From Planctomycetota bacterium (GTDB lineage Bacteria > Planctomycetota > UBA11346): a DNA stretch of 41,891 bases. The translations under genes were made by a program, and so were the position numbers. Below are positions 1 through 10,104 of the stretch, one piece after another. The stretch is taken from contig JBBRLJ010000044.1 of assembly GCA_038231435.1 (NCBI GenBank), positions 1 to 41,891 on the forward strand, read 5' to 3'. The notes under the pieces are model-generated. The model had not been told where the DNA came from and ran no database searches. It was given only the letters and a program-made list of their open reading frames with translations. The stretch's first letter is position 1; each line of letters opens with the position of its first letter.

Positions 1-292
1 CGTCCGCCGAGCTCCGGTTTGGGTGAATAATGGGCGCAGCCCATCACCCAAACTTTTTCACCCGCAGGGGAAAAAGAGGAGCGACAAAGGACGTGGGGGT
101 TTGGGCATAGCCCCGATTACCTGGTCGTCGCGCCGAGCGCGGCGCGACGTACTCCCGAGCGGCCTAGGCCGCGAGCGTCCGCCGAGCTCCGGTTTGGGTG
201 AATAATGGGCGCAGCCCATCACCCAAACTTTTTCACCCGCAGGGGAAAAAGAGGAGCGACAAAGGACGTGGGGGCTTGGGGGCGTAGCCCCC
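1..292 (+). repeat. Tandem pair of structured repeat family A (A1 1-114, truncated by window edge; A2 154-292)
   Basis: CGTCCGCCGAGCTCCGGTTTGGGTGAATAATGGGCGCAGCCCATCACCCAAACTTTTTCACCCGCAGGGGAAAAAGAGGAGCGACAAAGGACGTGGGGG occurs at 1 and 176 (period 175); nested inverted repeats. Confidence 0.95.
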
Positions 293-294
293 GA

Positions 295-1977
<1,683 letters not shown>

Positions 1978-2049
1978 GACGCCTCCTGGGTGAGGGCGCA
2001 GGATCGCCGGCCAGGCCGCGAGATCAATGGCGTGGCCCACCGCTTCCCC

Positions 2050-2171
2050 CGCCCGCCGAGCTCTGGTTTGCGTGAACAATGGGCGTAGCCCATCACGCAA
2101 TCATGTCGGTCCCCTGGGGGCCGACATGAGGAGCGACACTGATTCCCGGGGGCCCGGGGGCAGAGCCCCCG
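2050..2171 (+). repeat. Family A structured repeat, diverged copy A3
   Basis: CGCCGAGCTCTGGT-TTGCGTGA-ACAAT-GGGCGTAGCCC-A-TCACGCAA-[TCATGTCGG..CCGACATGA]-GGAGCGACA...GGGGGCAGAGCCCCC. Confidence 0.9.
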
Positions 2172-2176
2172 TATTA

Positions 2177-3895
2177 TCAGCGCGAGCGGATGTCCGGAGC
2201 CGACAAGCGTTCCATGACCGAAACCACCATCTGCCAAGGAGGCTCCACCAGCAGTTGGGTATGGAAGGGATCGAGACCGCACACGCCGCGCGCGGCGATG
2301 AACGCACGGTAGCGCTCGGCGAGCCGCTGCATGCCCATGCGCTCGCCGCTGGCGAGACGGCAGCACCAGGCGGCGGCAGCGCAGGCGCCGCGCGCGGTCG
2401 CGGCGTCGAACTCCCAGCCGCTGCGCCTGAGATCCAGGATCTCGCCGGCGATGACCGGGCGCTCGGGCTCGCGAGCGTCGATCGGCAGGAAATGCCGCGG
2501 ACCCAGCAGGCGATCGGGTTGGTCGCGGATGAAGCGCGGCGTGGGCGGAAGGGCTTCGGACGCGGGGCGCCGGCGTCCGAGCAGTCGTCGCGTTGCGACG
2601 GTGGCGTCACGCGGCTCGAAGGCCTCCATCACCAGCACGCGGTTGGCGTGCTCGAGCGAGCGCAATGACGATCCGGCGACCAGCACGGTGCTGACGCCCG
2701 CGCGTGCGAGCGCGGGCAGCACTTCGAGCAGCGTGGTGGTGCCATCGAGCGCACGGCCGAGCAGCCGGCGCATGCCCGCGTCGATCGACAGGAAGTTGCT
2801 GGCCGCGGTATCCTCGTCGACCAGTAGCAGGGTGCCGCCAGCTGCGCGGGCCTGTAGCACGCTCGCGGCCATGCTCGTCGCTCCCGAGGCGCGCGCGGTG
2901 GTGAAGGCGCGCGCGCGCGCGCGGGGCAGGCGCGCGAAGAACAGCGAGAGGTCCTGGGCTTTGATGCGGCGCTCTTCCTCGGCCTGCACCAGGCAGGCGG
3001 AGGCGTCAGCCACCACCCGCTCGCGGCCGTCGCCCGGAGGATGGTTGCGGCGACCGGCGGCTATGGCGGCGAGCAGCGTGCTCTTGCCGTGGTAGGGGGC
3101 GCCGCCGATCGCGGTGATGCCGTGGCGGATGCCGAGGCCGCGATGCCGGCCGAGCGGACCGAGATCGATGGTGACGCGCAGCGCCGGCGGCGAGCGCAGC
3201 GGGCGGCAGCCGCTGGCGGGGCCGCCGGCTGCACCGCGCGCGAGCCGCGAGCCATCGCCGAGGAAGGCGACCAGGCCTTGGCCAGGCAGCGCGGCGCGCA
3301 GGCGCTCTTGGATGGCGACGGCGCGGCGGTGGGCGTCCAGTCCCGGGCGCCGCCGGCGGACCGCCAGCGCACGGGCGAAGGACTCGAGCGCGCGCACGAA
3401 GCGTGCGAAGCGCGGGGAGTCGCAGCACATGCCCGCGAGCGGCAGGCGCAGCAACAGGCGTAGGCACAGGCGCTTGCCGCCGTGCTCGAGATAGCAGGCG
3501 TTGGTCGCCGCCACCGCAGCGCCCGGTTGGTGCGTCGATGCGGTTATGGCTGGGCGTGCGAGGAGCGTGCTCCACGCCTGGCGCAACACCCAATCGCAGG
3601 TCGCCGCCCCGCCGGCGGGGGTGCGATCGGGGGTGCCGAGTCCCGAGGCGTCCACGACCACATGGGCGTTCACGCGGTCATCGGGCTCGGCCCCTGCCTC
3701 GAGCTCCTCGACCACCAGGACTCCCGAGGCGAGACGCCAGCTGCCCAGAACCTCGCGCCACGCTCGTGGGCCCCAGCCATCGATGCGGCGCAAGGTTGCG
3801 GCCAATTCGCGCCTAGACCTCGGGGGAGGGTCGGCGGCGAGCGGGAAGAGCGGCGGAATTCCAGGAAATCCATCCCCCGAGAGCTGCGCGTCCAT
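2177..3895 (-). CDS. Predicted ATPase of the ABC class (COG3044/ABC_ATPase-like), divergent
   Basis: Walker A GGAPYHGKSTLL, ASGATSMAA and LLVDEDTAASNF resemble the family motifs GGGYHGKSTLL / ASGSTSQAA / DEDTSATNF. Start taken at ATG 3895 (uncertain). Confidence 0.8.
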   Translation of the reverse strand: MDAQLSGDGFPGIPPLFPLAADPPPRSRRELAATLRRIDGWGPRAWREVLGSWRLASGVLVVEELEAGAEPDDRVNAHVVVDASGLGTPDRTPAGGAATCDWVLRQAWSTLLARPAITASTHQPGAAVAATNACYLEHGGKRLCLRLLLRLPLAGMCCDSPRFARFVRALESFARALAVRRRRPGLDAHRRAVAIQERLRAALPGQGLVAFLGDGSRLARGAAGGPASGCRPLRSPPALRVTIDLGPLGRHRGLGIRHGITAIGGAPYHGKSTLLAAIAAGRRNHPPGDGRERVVADASACLVQAEEERRIKAQDLSLFFARLPRARARAFTTARASGATSMAASVLQARAAGGTLLLVDEDTAASNFLSIDAGMRRLLGRALDGTTTLLEVLPALARAGVSTVLVAGSSLRSLEHANRVLVMEAFEPRDATVATRRLLGRRRPASEALPPTPRFIRDQPDRLLGPRHFLPIDAREPERPVIAGEILDLRRSGWEFDAATARGACAAAAWCCRLASGERMGMQRLAERYRAFIAARGVCGLDPFHTQLLVEPPWQMVVSVMERLSAPDIRSR

Positions 3896-4072
3896 GCGCG
3901 CACGGTAACGCTCGTTTCGGCCCCACCAGGGCTTGCGCCGGCCAACCCAGTCCGATCTGTCGGGCGCACGAAGGGTTGCACCTACGCGTACCATCCCATA
4001 CGCACCTGGCGGCGGAGCGCTTGCGCTGGGTGGCTCGCAGGCGTACGTTTGCCGACCGAGGCACTCGTTCCC

Positions 4073-4786
4073 ATGTCAGTCGATTTCTACTTGGTATCGG
4101 CGGCCCGACGGGCCCATCGGCTGCGTCCCGATCGGGCGTACGTTTTCGGTCGCGAGGAGGGCGTCGACATCGTCTTGCAGGATGCCCTCGCGTCACGACG
4201 CCACGCCGAGCTCGGCTGGACCGCAGACGGCTACTGGGAGGTCAAGGATCTCGGCAGTCGCAACGGCGTATTCGTCAATGGGAACCGCATCCCCGGTCCC
4301 ACGCGCATCGATGATGGCGGACAGCTGCAAATCGGCGGCCAGGTCTATCGTCTGCACATGCTGCCTCCGGGTGGCGATCCCGCTTCGCTGAGCAATCAGG
4401 CTCCGCAGATCTCCAACCTCGAGACCATGGGCCCCGGCTTCAATCTCCAGGACATCGCCAACCAAGGCGCGACTTTTACCGGCGAGGTCACCGGCGGCGG
4501 CGTCATGGACCTGTTGCAGTTCTTCCAGGCCACCAACAAGAGCGGTCGCCTCGATCTGGTCGGCGGATCGAATCTCGCATCGGTGTGGATCCACAACGGC
4601 AATCCGATCCACGCGACTTTCGACGCCATCCTGGGCATGGATGCCCTCATCAATCTCGCGCACAATCCTCCGCCGCGGTTCGCCTTCCACGCCGATGCCC
4701 CGCCGACCGCCGAGCGGACGCTCAAGGGTTCGATGCAAGGCATCCTCATGGAAGTCGCGCGTGTCATGGACGAACAAAAACGCTGA
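4073..4786 (+). CDS. FHA domain + DUF4388-like domain protein
   Basis: FHA motifs FGR, SRRHA, DLGSRNGVFVNG; C-terminal DLLQF..KSGRL..GNPIHA..ILMEVARVMDE typical of DUF4388/PATAN-like domains. Start at ATG 4073 (MSVDF). Confidence 0.88.
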   Translation: MSVDFYLVSAARRAHRLRPDRAYVFGREEGVDIVLQDALASRRHAELGWTADGYWEVKDLGSRNGVFVNGNRIPGPTRIDDGGQLQIGGQVYRLHMLPPGGDPASLSNQAPQISNLETMGPGFNLQDIANQGATFTGEVTGGGVMDLLQFFQATNKSGRLDLVGGSNLASVWIHNGNPIHATFDAILGMDALINLAHNPPPRFAFHADAPPTAERTLKGSMQGILMEVARVMDEQKR

Positions 4787-4790
4787 AGGG

Positions 4791-5029
4791 CTTTCAGTTG
4801 GGGGGCTACGGCCCCCCAACATCGCGCTACGCGCTGCCCCCCGGGAAGAAACGGGAAGTGATGGGTGGAAGCATGGCGCTTCGCGCTGCTCGTAGTCGAA
4901 CTTAGAAAATGAATAACCCCGCGTGAGCGGGGTTATTCTGCGCAGCCTGGGTTTCTCCTCTACCCATCCAGGTTTCCTGGGGGCAGCGCGGAGCGCGATG
5001 ATGGGGGGCCGTAGCCCCCCAACTGACAG
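4791..5029. repeat. Family C inverted-repeat (REPIN/MITE-like) element between convergent genes
   Basis: ~55 bp arms 4794-4847 and 4974-5026 are near-perfect reverse complements (TCAGTTGGGGGGCTACGGCCCCCC.. / ..GGGGGGCCGTAGCCCCCCAACTGA). Confidence 0.9.
4911..4938. terminator. Perfect 12-bp stem-loop, candidate bidirectional terminator
   Basis: GAATAACCCCGC-GTGA-GCGGGGTTATTC between the convergent FHA gene and rplM; short T tract on the minus-strand side. Confidence 0.55.
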
Positions 5030-5030
5030 T

Positions 5031-5465
5031 TCAGATGCCCGGGAGCGGGAGGGGCTTCTGGCTGGTGTGGCCGTGGGTGGGGCCCTTGAAGACCTTGAGG
5101 CGCTTGAGCTGATGGCGGCCCTGGATGGTCTTGGGCAACATGCGCTTCACCGCGAGTTGGAGGATCAACTCGGGCTTCTGCGCATGCAGGGTGCCGAGGC
5201 TGAGCTCGGTGATGCCGCCCATATAGCCGCTGTGGAAGCGGTACTTCTTGCGTTCGATCTTCTTGCCAGTGAACACCAGCTGCTCGACGTCGGTGACTAC
5301 GACGTAGTCGCCCGAATCGGTGGACGGGGTCCAGTCGGGACGGGTCTTGCCCATCAGCGCGAGCGCCACCTGGGTTGCGACATGGCCGAGGACCTTGCCC
5401 TTGGCGCTGGTGGAGAACCAGGAGCGGTTGACGGCTTCCTGCTTGGCGAACGTGGTCTGCATCAT
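5031..5465 (-). CDS. rplM: 50S ribosomal protein L13
   Basis: LMGKTRPDWTPSTDSGDYVVV, YRFHSGYMGG, AVKRMLPK..GR..LKRLKVF. Confidence 0.97.
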   Translation of the reverse strand: MMQTTFAKQEAVNRSWFSTSAKGKVLGHVATQVALALMGKTRPDWTPSTDSGDYVVVTDVEQLVFTGKKIERKKYRFHSGYMGGITELSLGTLHAQKPELILQLAVKRMLPKTIQGRHQLKRLKVFKGPTHGHTSQKPLPLPGI

Positions 5466-5508
5466 GGGAATCTCGTGCGTTGGAACGGGTGCTTGGAAAT
5501 GAGGGCGA

Positions 5509-5712
5509 TCAGGGAGCGATGATCAGCAGGCCGGCTTCGATCTCTTTGACGATGAGGTCGATGCGATCGTAGTTCTTCTCGGCGGGCGGCTGGACCATCG
5601 GGGGCTGACCGTTGTTCAGCTCCTTCATCCGGCGGTTGATGATGGTGACGAAATTGTAATACCCGCCGACCTTGGTGATCGCTTCAGCGTATTGCGTGTT
5701 GGCCAAGGTCAT
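5509..5712 (-). CDS. rpoZ: RNA polymerase omega subunit (short type)
   Basis: 67 aa; KVGGYYNFVTIINRRMKELNNG..P.V...IVKEIEAG fits the omega pattern (..Y.L....AKRA.EL..G....A..EI..G). Confidence 0.75.
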   Translation of the reverse strand: MTLANTQYAEAITKVGGYYNFVTIINRRMKELNNGQPPMVQPPAEKNYDRIDLIVKEIEAGLLIIAP

Positions 5713-5780
5713 GGGGGTCCTATCGCGATGGGGTCGAGACTTATAGGCTATTCCGGTGCGTGGTCAAAGCTCTTGTCAGG

Positions 5781-6128
5781 CAGGGGCTCCGCCCCTACGG
5801 CCCTGGCGGGCCTACCCCACGGGCTTTGTCGGGGCTCGATGTCTCCGGCTACGCCTGCGACATCGTCGGCGGATGGGGTGCGCCCATCATATCCGCCGAC
5901 CGCCCCTCGGCGCCCGCCCCATCGCGGGGGCGATGGGGCCCCCGACTCTCTGTCGTTTACCGTGTTCAGGGGCTCCGCCCCTACGGCCCTGGCGGGCCTA
6001 CCCCACGGCTTTGTCAGGGCTCGATGTCTCCGGCTACGCCTGCGACATCGTCGGCGGATGGGCTACACCCATCGTATCCGCCGCCCGGCCCTCGGCGCCC
6101 GCCCCATCGGCGGGGCGAAGGGGCCCCC
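5781..6128 (-). repeat. Tandem pair of structured repeat family B (B1 5781-5943; B2 5967-6128)
   Basis: CAGGGGCTCCGCCCCTACGGCCCTGGCGGGCCTACCCCACGG..CTTTGTC..GGGCTCGATGTC... repeated with period 186 in the divergent rpoZ/ilvE intergenic region. Confidence 0.95.
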
Positions 6129-6245
6129 TGGTGCCCTGAATTCGCCCCTCAGGGCCGGCGGCAAGAGCGCGGTGGCACGGGGCACCCTGGGCCGCTTTCC
6201 CGTGCCGGGGGCGGGGATAGGCTTCCAGACCCCTGCGAGCCCTCC

Positions 6246-7172
6246 GTGACCCAGCCAGCAACCCAGCCTGCCAACAACACCCTGGCCTACCTGGATGGCG
6301 CCTGGAAGCCGTTGACCGAATGCGTGGTGCCCATCAATACGCACGCACTCCAGTACGGCACCGGGTGCTTCGAGGGCATCCGCGGCTATTGGAGCGGCTC
6401 CGCCATCAACCTGCTGTTCCTGCGCGAGCACTTCCAGCGACTCGCCGGCAATGCCGCCATGCTGATGATGAAGGCGCCCACCGTCGATGAGATGTGCGAG
6501 ATCGCCACGCGCTGCGCGCGTCAGAACGCGATGCGCCAGAACATCTACCTCAGGCCGGTGGTCTACAAGAAGGGCCTGACCATGGGACCGGTCCTGCTCG
6601 GCGTGCCCGACGGCTTCCTGTGCTACCTGCAGCCGCTCGGCGATTACCTCGACACGTCGAAGGGCCTGAGCCTCTGCGTGTCCTCGTGGCGGCGGCTGTC
6701 CGACAACAGCATACCGACGCGCACCAAGGCGACCGGCGGATATCTCAACAGCGCGCTCGCCAAGACCGAGGCGGTGATGAACGGCTTCGACGAGGCGGTG
6801 TTCCTGAACGATCGCGGCCAGGTGTGCGAGGGCTCGGCCGAGAACATCTTCATCGTCCGCGATGGAAAGCTGATCACACCTGACGTCACCGCCGACATCC
6901 TTGAAGGCATCACCCGCCGCTCGATCATGGCCCTGGCCAAGGATCTCGGTGTGGAGGTGGTCGAGCGCGCAGTGGCGCGCACCGAACTCTATATCGCTGA
7001 CGAGGTCTTCCTGGTCGGCACCGGCTGCCAGGTCGCGTTCGTGCGTTCGATCGACAAGCGCGCCATCGGCGGCGGAGTGCGCGGGCCGATCACCACGCGC
7101 ATCCAGGAGCGCTTCGAGGCGGCGGTGTACGGTCGCGAGCCCAAGTACGCGGGATGGCTCACGGCTATCTGA
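6246..7172 (+). CDS. ilvE: Branched-chain amino acid aminotransferase (class IV PLP enzyme)
   Basis: THALQYGTGCFEGIR, KATGGYLNS (PLP lysine), EGSAENIF, ILEGITR, ADEVFLVGT. Start at GTG 6246; the upstream ORF extension is translated repeat B. Confidence 0.93.
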   Translation: MTQPATQPANNTLAYLDGAWKPLTECVVPINTHALQYGTGCFEGIRGYWSGSAINLLFLREHFQRLAGNAAMLMMKAPTVDEMCEIATRCARQNAMRQNIYLRPVVYKKGLTMGPVLLGVPDGFLCYLQPLGDYLDTSKGLSLCVSSWRRLSDNSIPTRTKATGGYLNSALAKTEAVMNGFDEAVFLNDRGQVCEGSAENIFIVRDGKLITPDVTADILEGITRRSIMALAKDLGVEVVERAVARTELYIADEVFLVGTGCQVAFVRSIDKRAIGGGVRGPITTRIQERFEAAVYGREPKYAGWLTAI

Positions 7173-7385
7173 GGTCAGGCTGCTTCCGACGCGAGCCATC
7201 AGGCTGCTTGCGAGTTCGTGCGCTCAGCGCTCGGCCCTCTACGGCCGCGAAGGCAGCACGCAGTGGTAGCGTCAGAATTGCTCGATCGTACCCGTGAGCG
7301 GGTATTGCATATCGATCGCGACGCGACGAACATATCCTGCCAGAGATCCGCCCGCCGCCAACGCCAACGCAACCATCGGAGCCCC

Positions 7386-10100
7386 ATGCACATCGCGCCG
7401 CGCCTGTGTCTGTCCGTCGTCTGCCTCTCGCTGCTCGCCTCGGTGCTTGCCGCTGCGGATTTCGTGTGGTGGGAGGGCGAAGCGGCGAGCGAGACCAACT
7501 TCACCAACACCGCCTTCGCGGTGACGCAGTACGGCGACAAGGCCAAGGGGCTCAGCGGTGGCGACTGGCTCAACACCCAGGTCAAGCAGGGCGAGAAGGC
7601 TTTCGCGGTGTGGCAGGTCCAGGTGCCGCAGGACGCGACCTACAATTTCCTGGTGCGCAAGTTCTGGAAGCACGGCCCTTTCACCTGGACCTGGGATGGC
7701 AAGCAGGGCGGCACTTGCGGGCCAGACTGCGGCCTGCTCGACGGTTACGACCTGGCGAAGTTCATCGGCGCCAACTGGGTCAGCCTGGGCACGGCAACGC
7801 TGACCAAGGGCGCGCACACGCTGCGCGTCGACATCGACACCTCGGGCAAGGACGGCGCCGCCGCCTGCTTCGACTGTTTCGTGCTCTCGGTCCCGCCGTT
7901 CTCACCGCGCGGCAAGCTCAAGCCGGGTGAGCGCTACGGTACCCACGACGAGGGCTGGTGGGCCTTCGAACCGCAGACCGACGCCTTTGTGCAGGAGAAA
8001 GGCCAACAGGCGCTGCTCGACCTGCGCTCGCTCAACGAAGTCGAGGCTGGCATCAGCGGCACGCTGCGCGCCGAGGGCGACCACTTCGTGCTCGGCAATG
8101 GCAAGCCGGTGCGCTTCTGGTCGGTGAACACCAACGTGCCCGAGCTCGGCCACGCCGAGCTCGACTATTTCGCCGCGCGCCTGGCCAAGGTCGGCGTCAA
8201 CCTCGTGCGCATCCATGGCGGGGTATTCGATCGCGAAGGCGCCGACCCGATGGCAGTCAACATGAAGCGAGTCGACAACGTCGCCTACCTGGTTCACGCG
8301 CTGAAGAAGCAGGGCATCTATACCTTGCGCTCAGTCTTCTACCCGCTGTGGATGGAGATCAAATCGAGCGACGGCATCCCCGGCTATGAAGCGCTCACGA
8401 ACAAGCATCCCTTCGGCCTGCTCTACTTCGACCCGCGCATGCAAGAGCTGTACAAGTCCTGGATCTCACAAGAGCTCGCCTACAAGAGCCCGTATTCCGG
8501 CAAGACCCTCGCCGAAGAGAGCGCGCTGGGCATCTTCGAGATCATCAACGAGGACAGCCTGTTCTTCTGGACGTTCAAGAAGGAGCAGGTTGGCGCGACG
8601 CAGTGGCGCGATCTCGAGCATCGTTACGGCGCCTGGCTCGCGAAGGCGTACGGCAGCCTCGACAAGGCCTTCGCGGCCTGGCCGACGGCGACGGACGGCG
8701 ACGACCTGCTCGCCGAGGGCCGTGCCGGCCTGCTCATCCCGTGGGATCTCACCGGTGGGGGCATCAAGGACGGCGACCACCGCAAGCGCGCGACCGACCA
8801 GGCCTGCTTCTACGCCCAGCTGCAGCACGACTTCTATGCCGGGATGCGCGACTATTTGCGCAGCCTGGGCGTGAAGTGTCCGATCAGCGCCAGCAATTGG
8901 ACCACCGCCGACAACGCGCTCTTGGGTGGGCTCGAGCGCTGGAGCTACACCGCGACGGATGTGATCGACAAGCACGGCTACTTCGGCGGCAAGCACGAGG
9001 GTCCGCGCGCCGGCTACATGGTGAATCCGGGCGACACCTACGAGGACAAGTCCGCCCTGCTCGATCCGGCCAGCGTGCCGATCGCCTACATGCAGATCCA
9101 CGGCCGGCCGCAGATCCACAGCGAGCTGGGCTGGAACAAGCCGAACCGCTTCATCGCGGACTTCAGCTTCCTGACCAGCGCCTACGCCTCGCTGCAGGGC
9201 ATCGATAGCTTCATCCTCTTCGCCACCGGTAGCGGCAGTTGGGAATCTGGCGGCGCCGGCAAGTGGACGCTGATGATGCCGGGTGAACTCGGGCAGTTCC
9301 CTGCCGAGGCGCTGCAGTTCCGCCGTGGCGACCTCACGCAAGGCGAGACCGTGGTGCGGCAGGTGGTCTCGACCAACGACCTCTTCGCGCTCAAGGGCAT
9401 CGGCCAGGCCGAGGGCGTCAATGCCGACTTCAGCGCCTCCGACGCGGCGAAGGCCTTCGACCCGACCCAGCGCAACGCGCTGGATCCGCTGTCCTACTTT
9501 GTCGGCCGCGTCGAGCGCGTGATCACCGGCCTGCCCACGAACGCCAATGCTGCTGCGCCCGCGAAGAAGGAGGCCAAGAACGACGAGGCCCCGCTGGCCG
9601 TGGATCTCAAGACGTTCATCAACCGCGACGCCAAGACTATCGCCAGCTCGACCGGCCAGATCCATTGGGACTACGGCAAGGGTCTGGCGACGGTGAATTC
9701 GCCCAAGAGCCAGGGCGCGACCGGCTTCCTCAAGCAGGCCGGCGTCATCGCGCTCGCTGATGTCACCATCGCCTCGGAGAACGAATACGGCACCGTGCAC
9801 GTCATCGCTCTCGACGACGCGCCGCTGGCCACCGCCAAGACCATCCTCGTCCAGGCCTTCAGCGAGGAGAAGATGTACGGCTTCCGCTCCAGCAATGGCA
9901 AGATCGAGGACATCGGCCAGGCGCCGATCACGGTGCGCGACATTGGCGGCACCGTGACCCTGCGCATCAAGGGCAAACCGTCCGCCACCATCCTCGACGA
10001 GCACGGCTACGCGCGTGGCGATGCCAAGATCGAGGGCTCAGCCGGCGCTTGGGTGCTGACGCTGCCCAAGGATGCGCTCTACACCGTGGTCAAGCGCTGA
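7386..10100 (+). CDS. Secreted clan GH-A glycoside hydrolase (GH5/GH148-like) with N-terminal beta-sandwich/CBM-like domain
   Basis: Signal peptide MHIAPRLCLSVVCLSLLASVLAA; FWSVN, LAKVGVNLVRIH, LKKQGIY, EIINEDS (putative acid/base), DKHGY, HSELGW (putative nucleophile). Family assignment is inference. Confidence 0.7.
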   Translation: MHIAPRLCLSVVCLSLLASVLAAADFVWWEGEAASETNFTNTAFAVTQYGDKAKGLSGGDWLNTQVKQGEKAFAVWQVQVPQDATYNFLVRKFWKHGPFTWTWDGKQGGTCGPDCGLLDGYDLAKFIGANWVSLGTATLTKGAHTLRVDIDTSGKDGAAACFDCFVLSVPPFSPRGKLKPGERYGTHDEGWWAFEPQTDAFVQEKGQQALLDLRSLNEVEAGISGTLRAEGDHFVLGNGKPVRFWSVNTNVPELGHAELDYFAARLAKVGVNLVRIHGGVFDREGADPMAVNMKRVDNVAYLVHALKKQGIYTLRSVFYPLWMEIKSSDGIPGYEALTNKHPFGLLYFDPRMQELYKSWISQELAYKSPYSGKTLAEESALGIFEIINEDSLFFWTFKKEQVGATQWRDLEHRYGAWLAKAYGSLDKAFAAWPTATDGDDLLAEGRAGLLIPWDLTGGGIKDGDHRKRATDQACFYAQLQHDFYAGMRDYLRSLGVKCPISASNWTTADNALLGGLERWSYTATDVIDKHGYFGGKHEGPRAGYMVNPGDTYEDKSALLDPASVPIAYMQIHGRPQIHSELGWNKPNRFIADFSFLTSAYASLQGIDSFILFATGSGSWESGGAGKWTLMMPGELGQFPAEALQFRRGDLTQGETVVRQVVSTNDLFALKGIGQAEGVNADFSASDAAKAFDPTQRNALDPLSYFVGRVERVITGLPTNANAAAPAKKEAKNDEAPLAVDLKTFINRDAKTIASSTGQIHWDYGKGLATVNSPKSQGATGFLKQAGVIALADVTIASENEYGTVHVIALDDAPLATAKTILVQAFSEEKMYGFRSSNGKIEDIGQAPITVRDIGGTVTLRIKGKPSATILDEHGYARGDAKIEGSAGAWVLTLPKDALYTVVKR

Positions 10101-10104
10101 CGCG

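Noticed and set aside
154..292. Family A/B as group II intron remnant, hammerhead, twister, HDV-like ribozyme or tRNA
   Set aside because: I could not find the domain V AGC/CGC helix pattern, the CTGANGA..GAAA core, or a T-loop/cloverleaf by eye; a covariance-model search is still needed.
2907..2922. (GC)8 dinucleotide tract as a phase-variation switch
   Set aside because: In frame within an Arg/Ala-rich coding stretch in a very GC-rich genome; no evidence of a frameshift.
5692..6249. ORFs and N-terminal extensions running through the repeats (5692-6249, 5760 start of ilvE, 2100 start of ilvD, 23-205, 41090-41776)
   Set aside because: These are translations of stop-poor GC-rich repeat DNA; the true starts have better RBS or homology support downstream.
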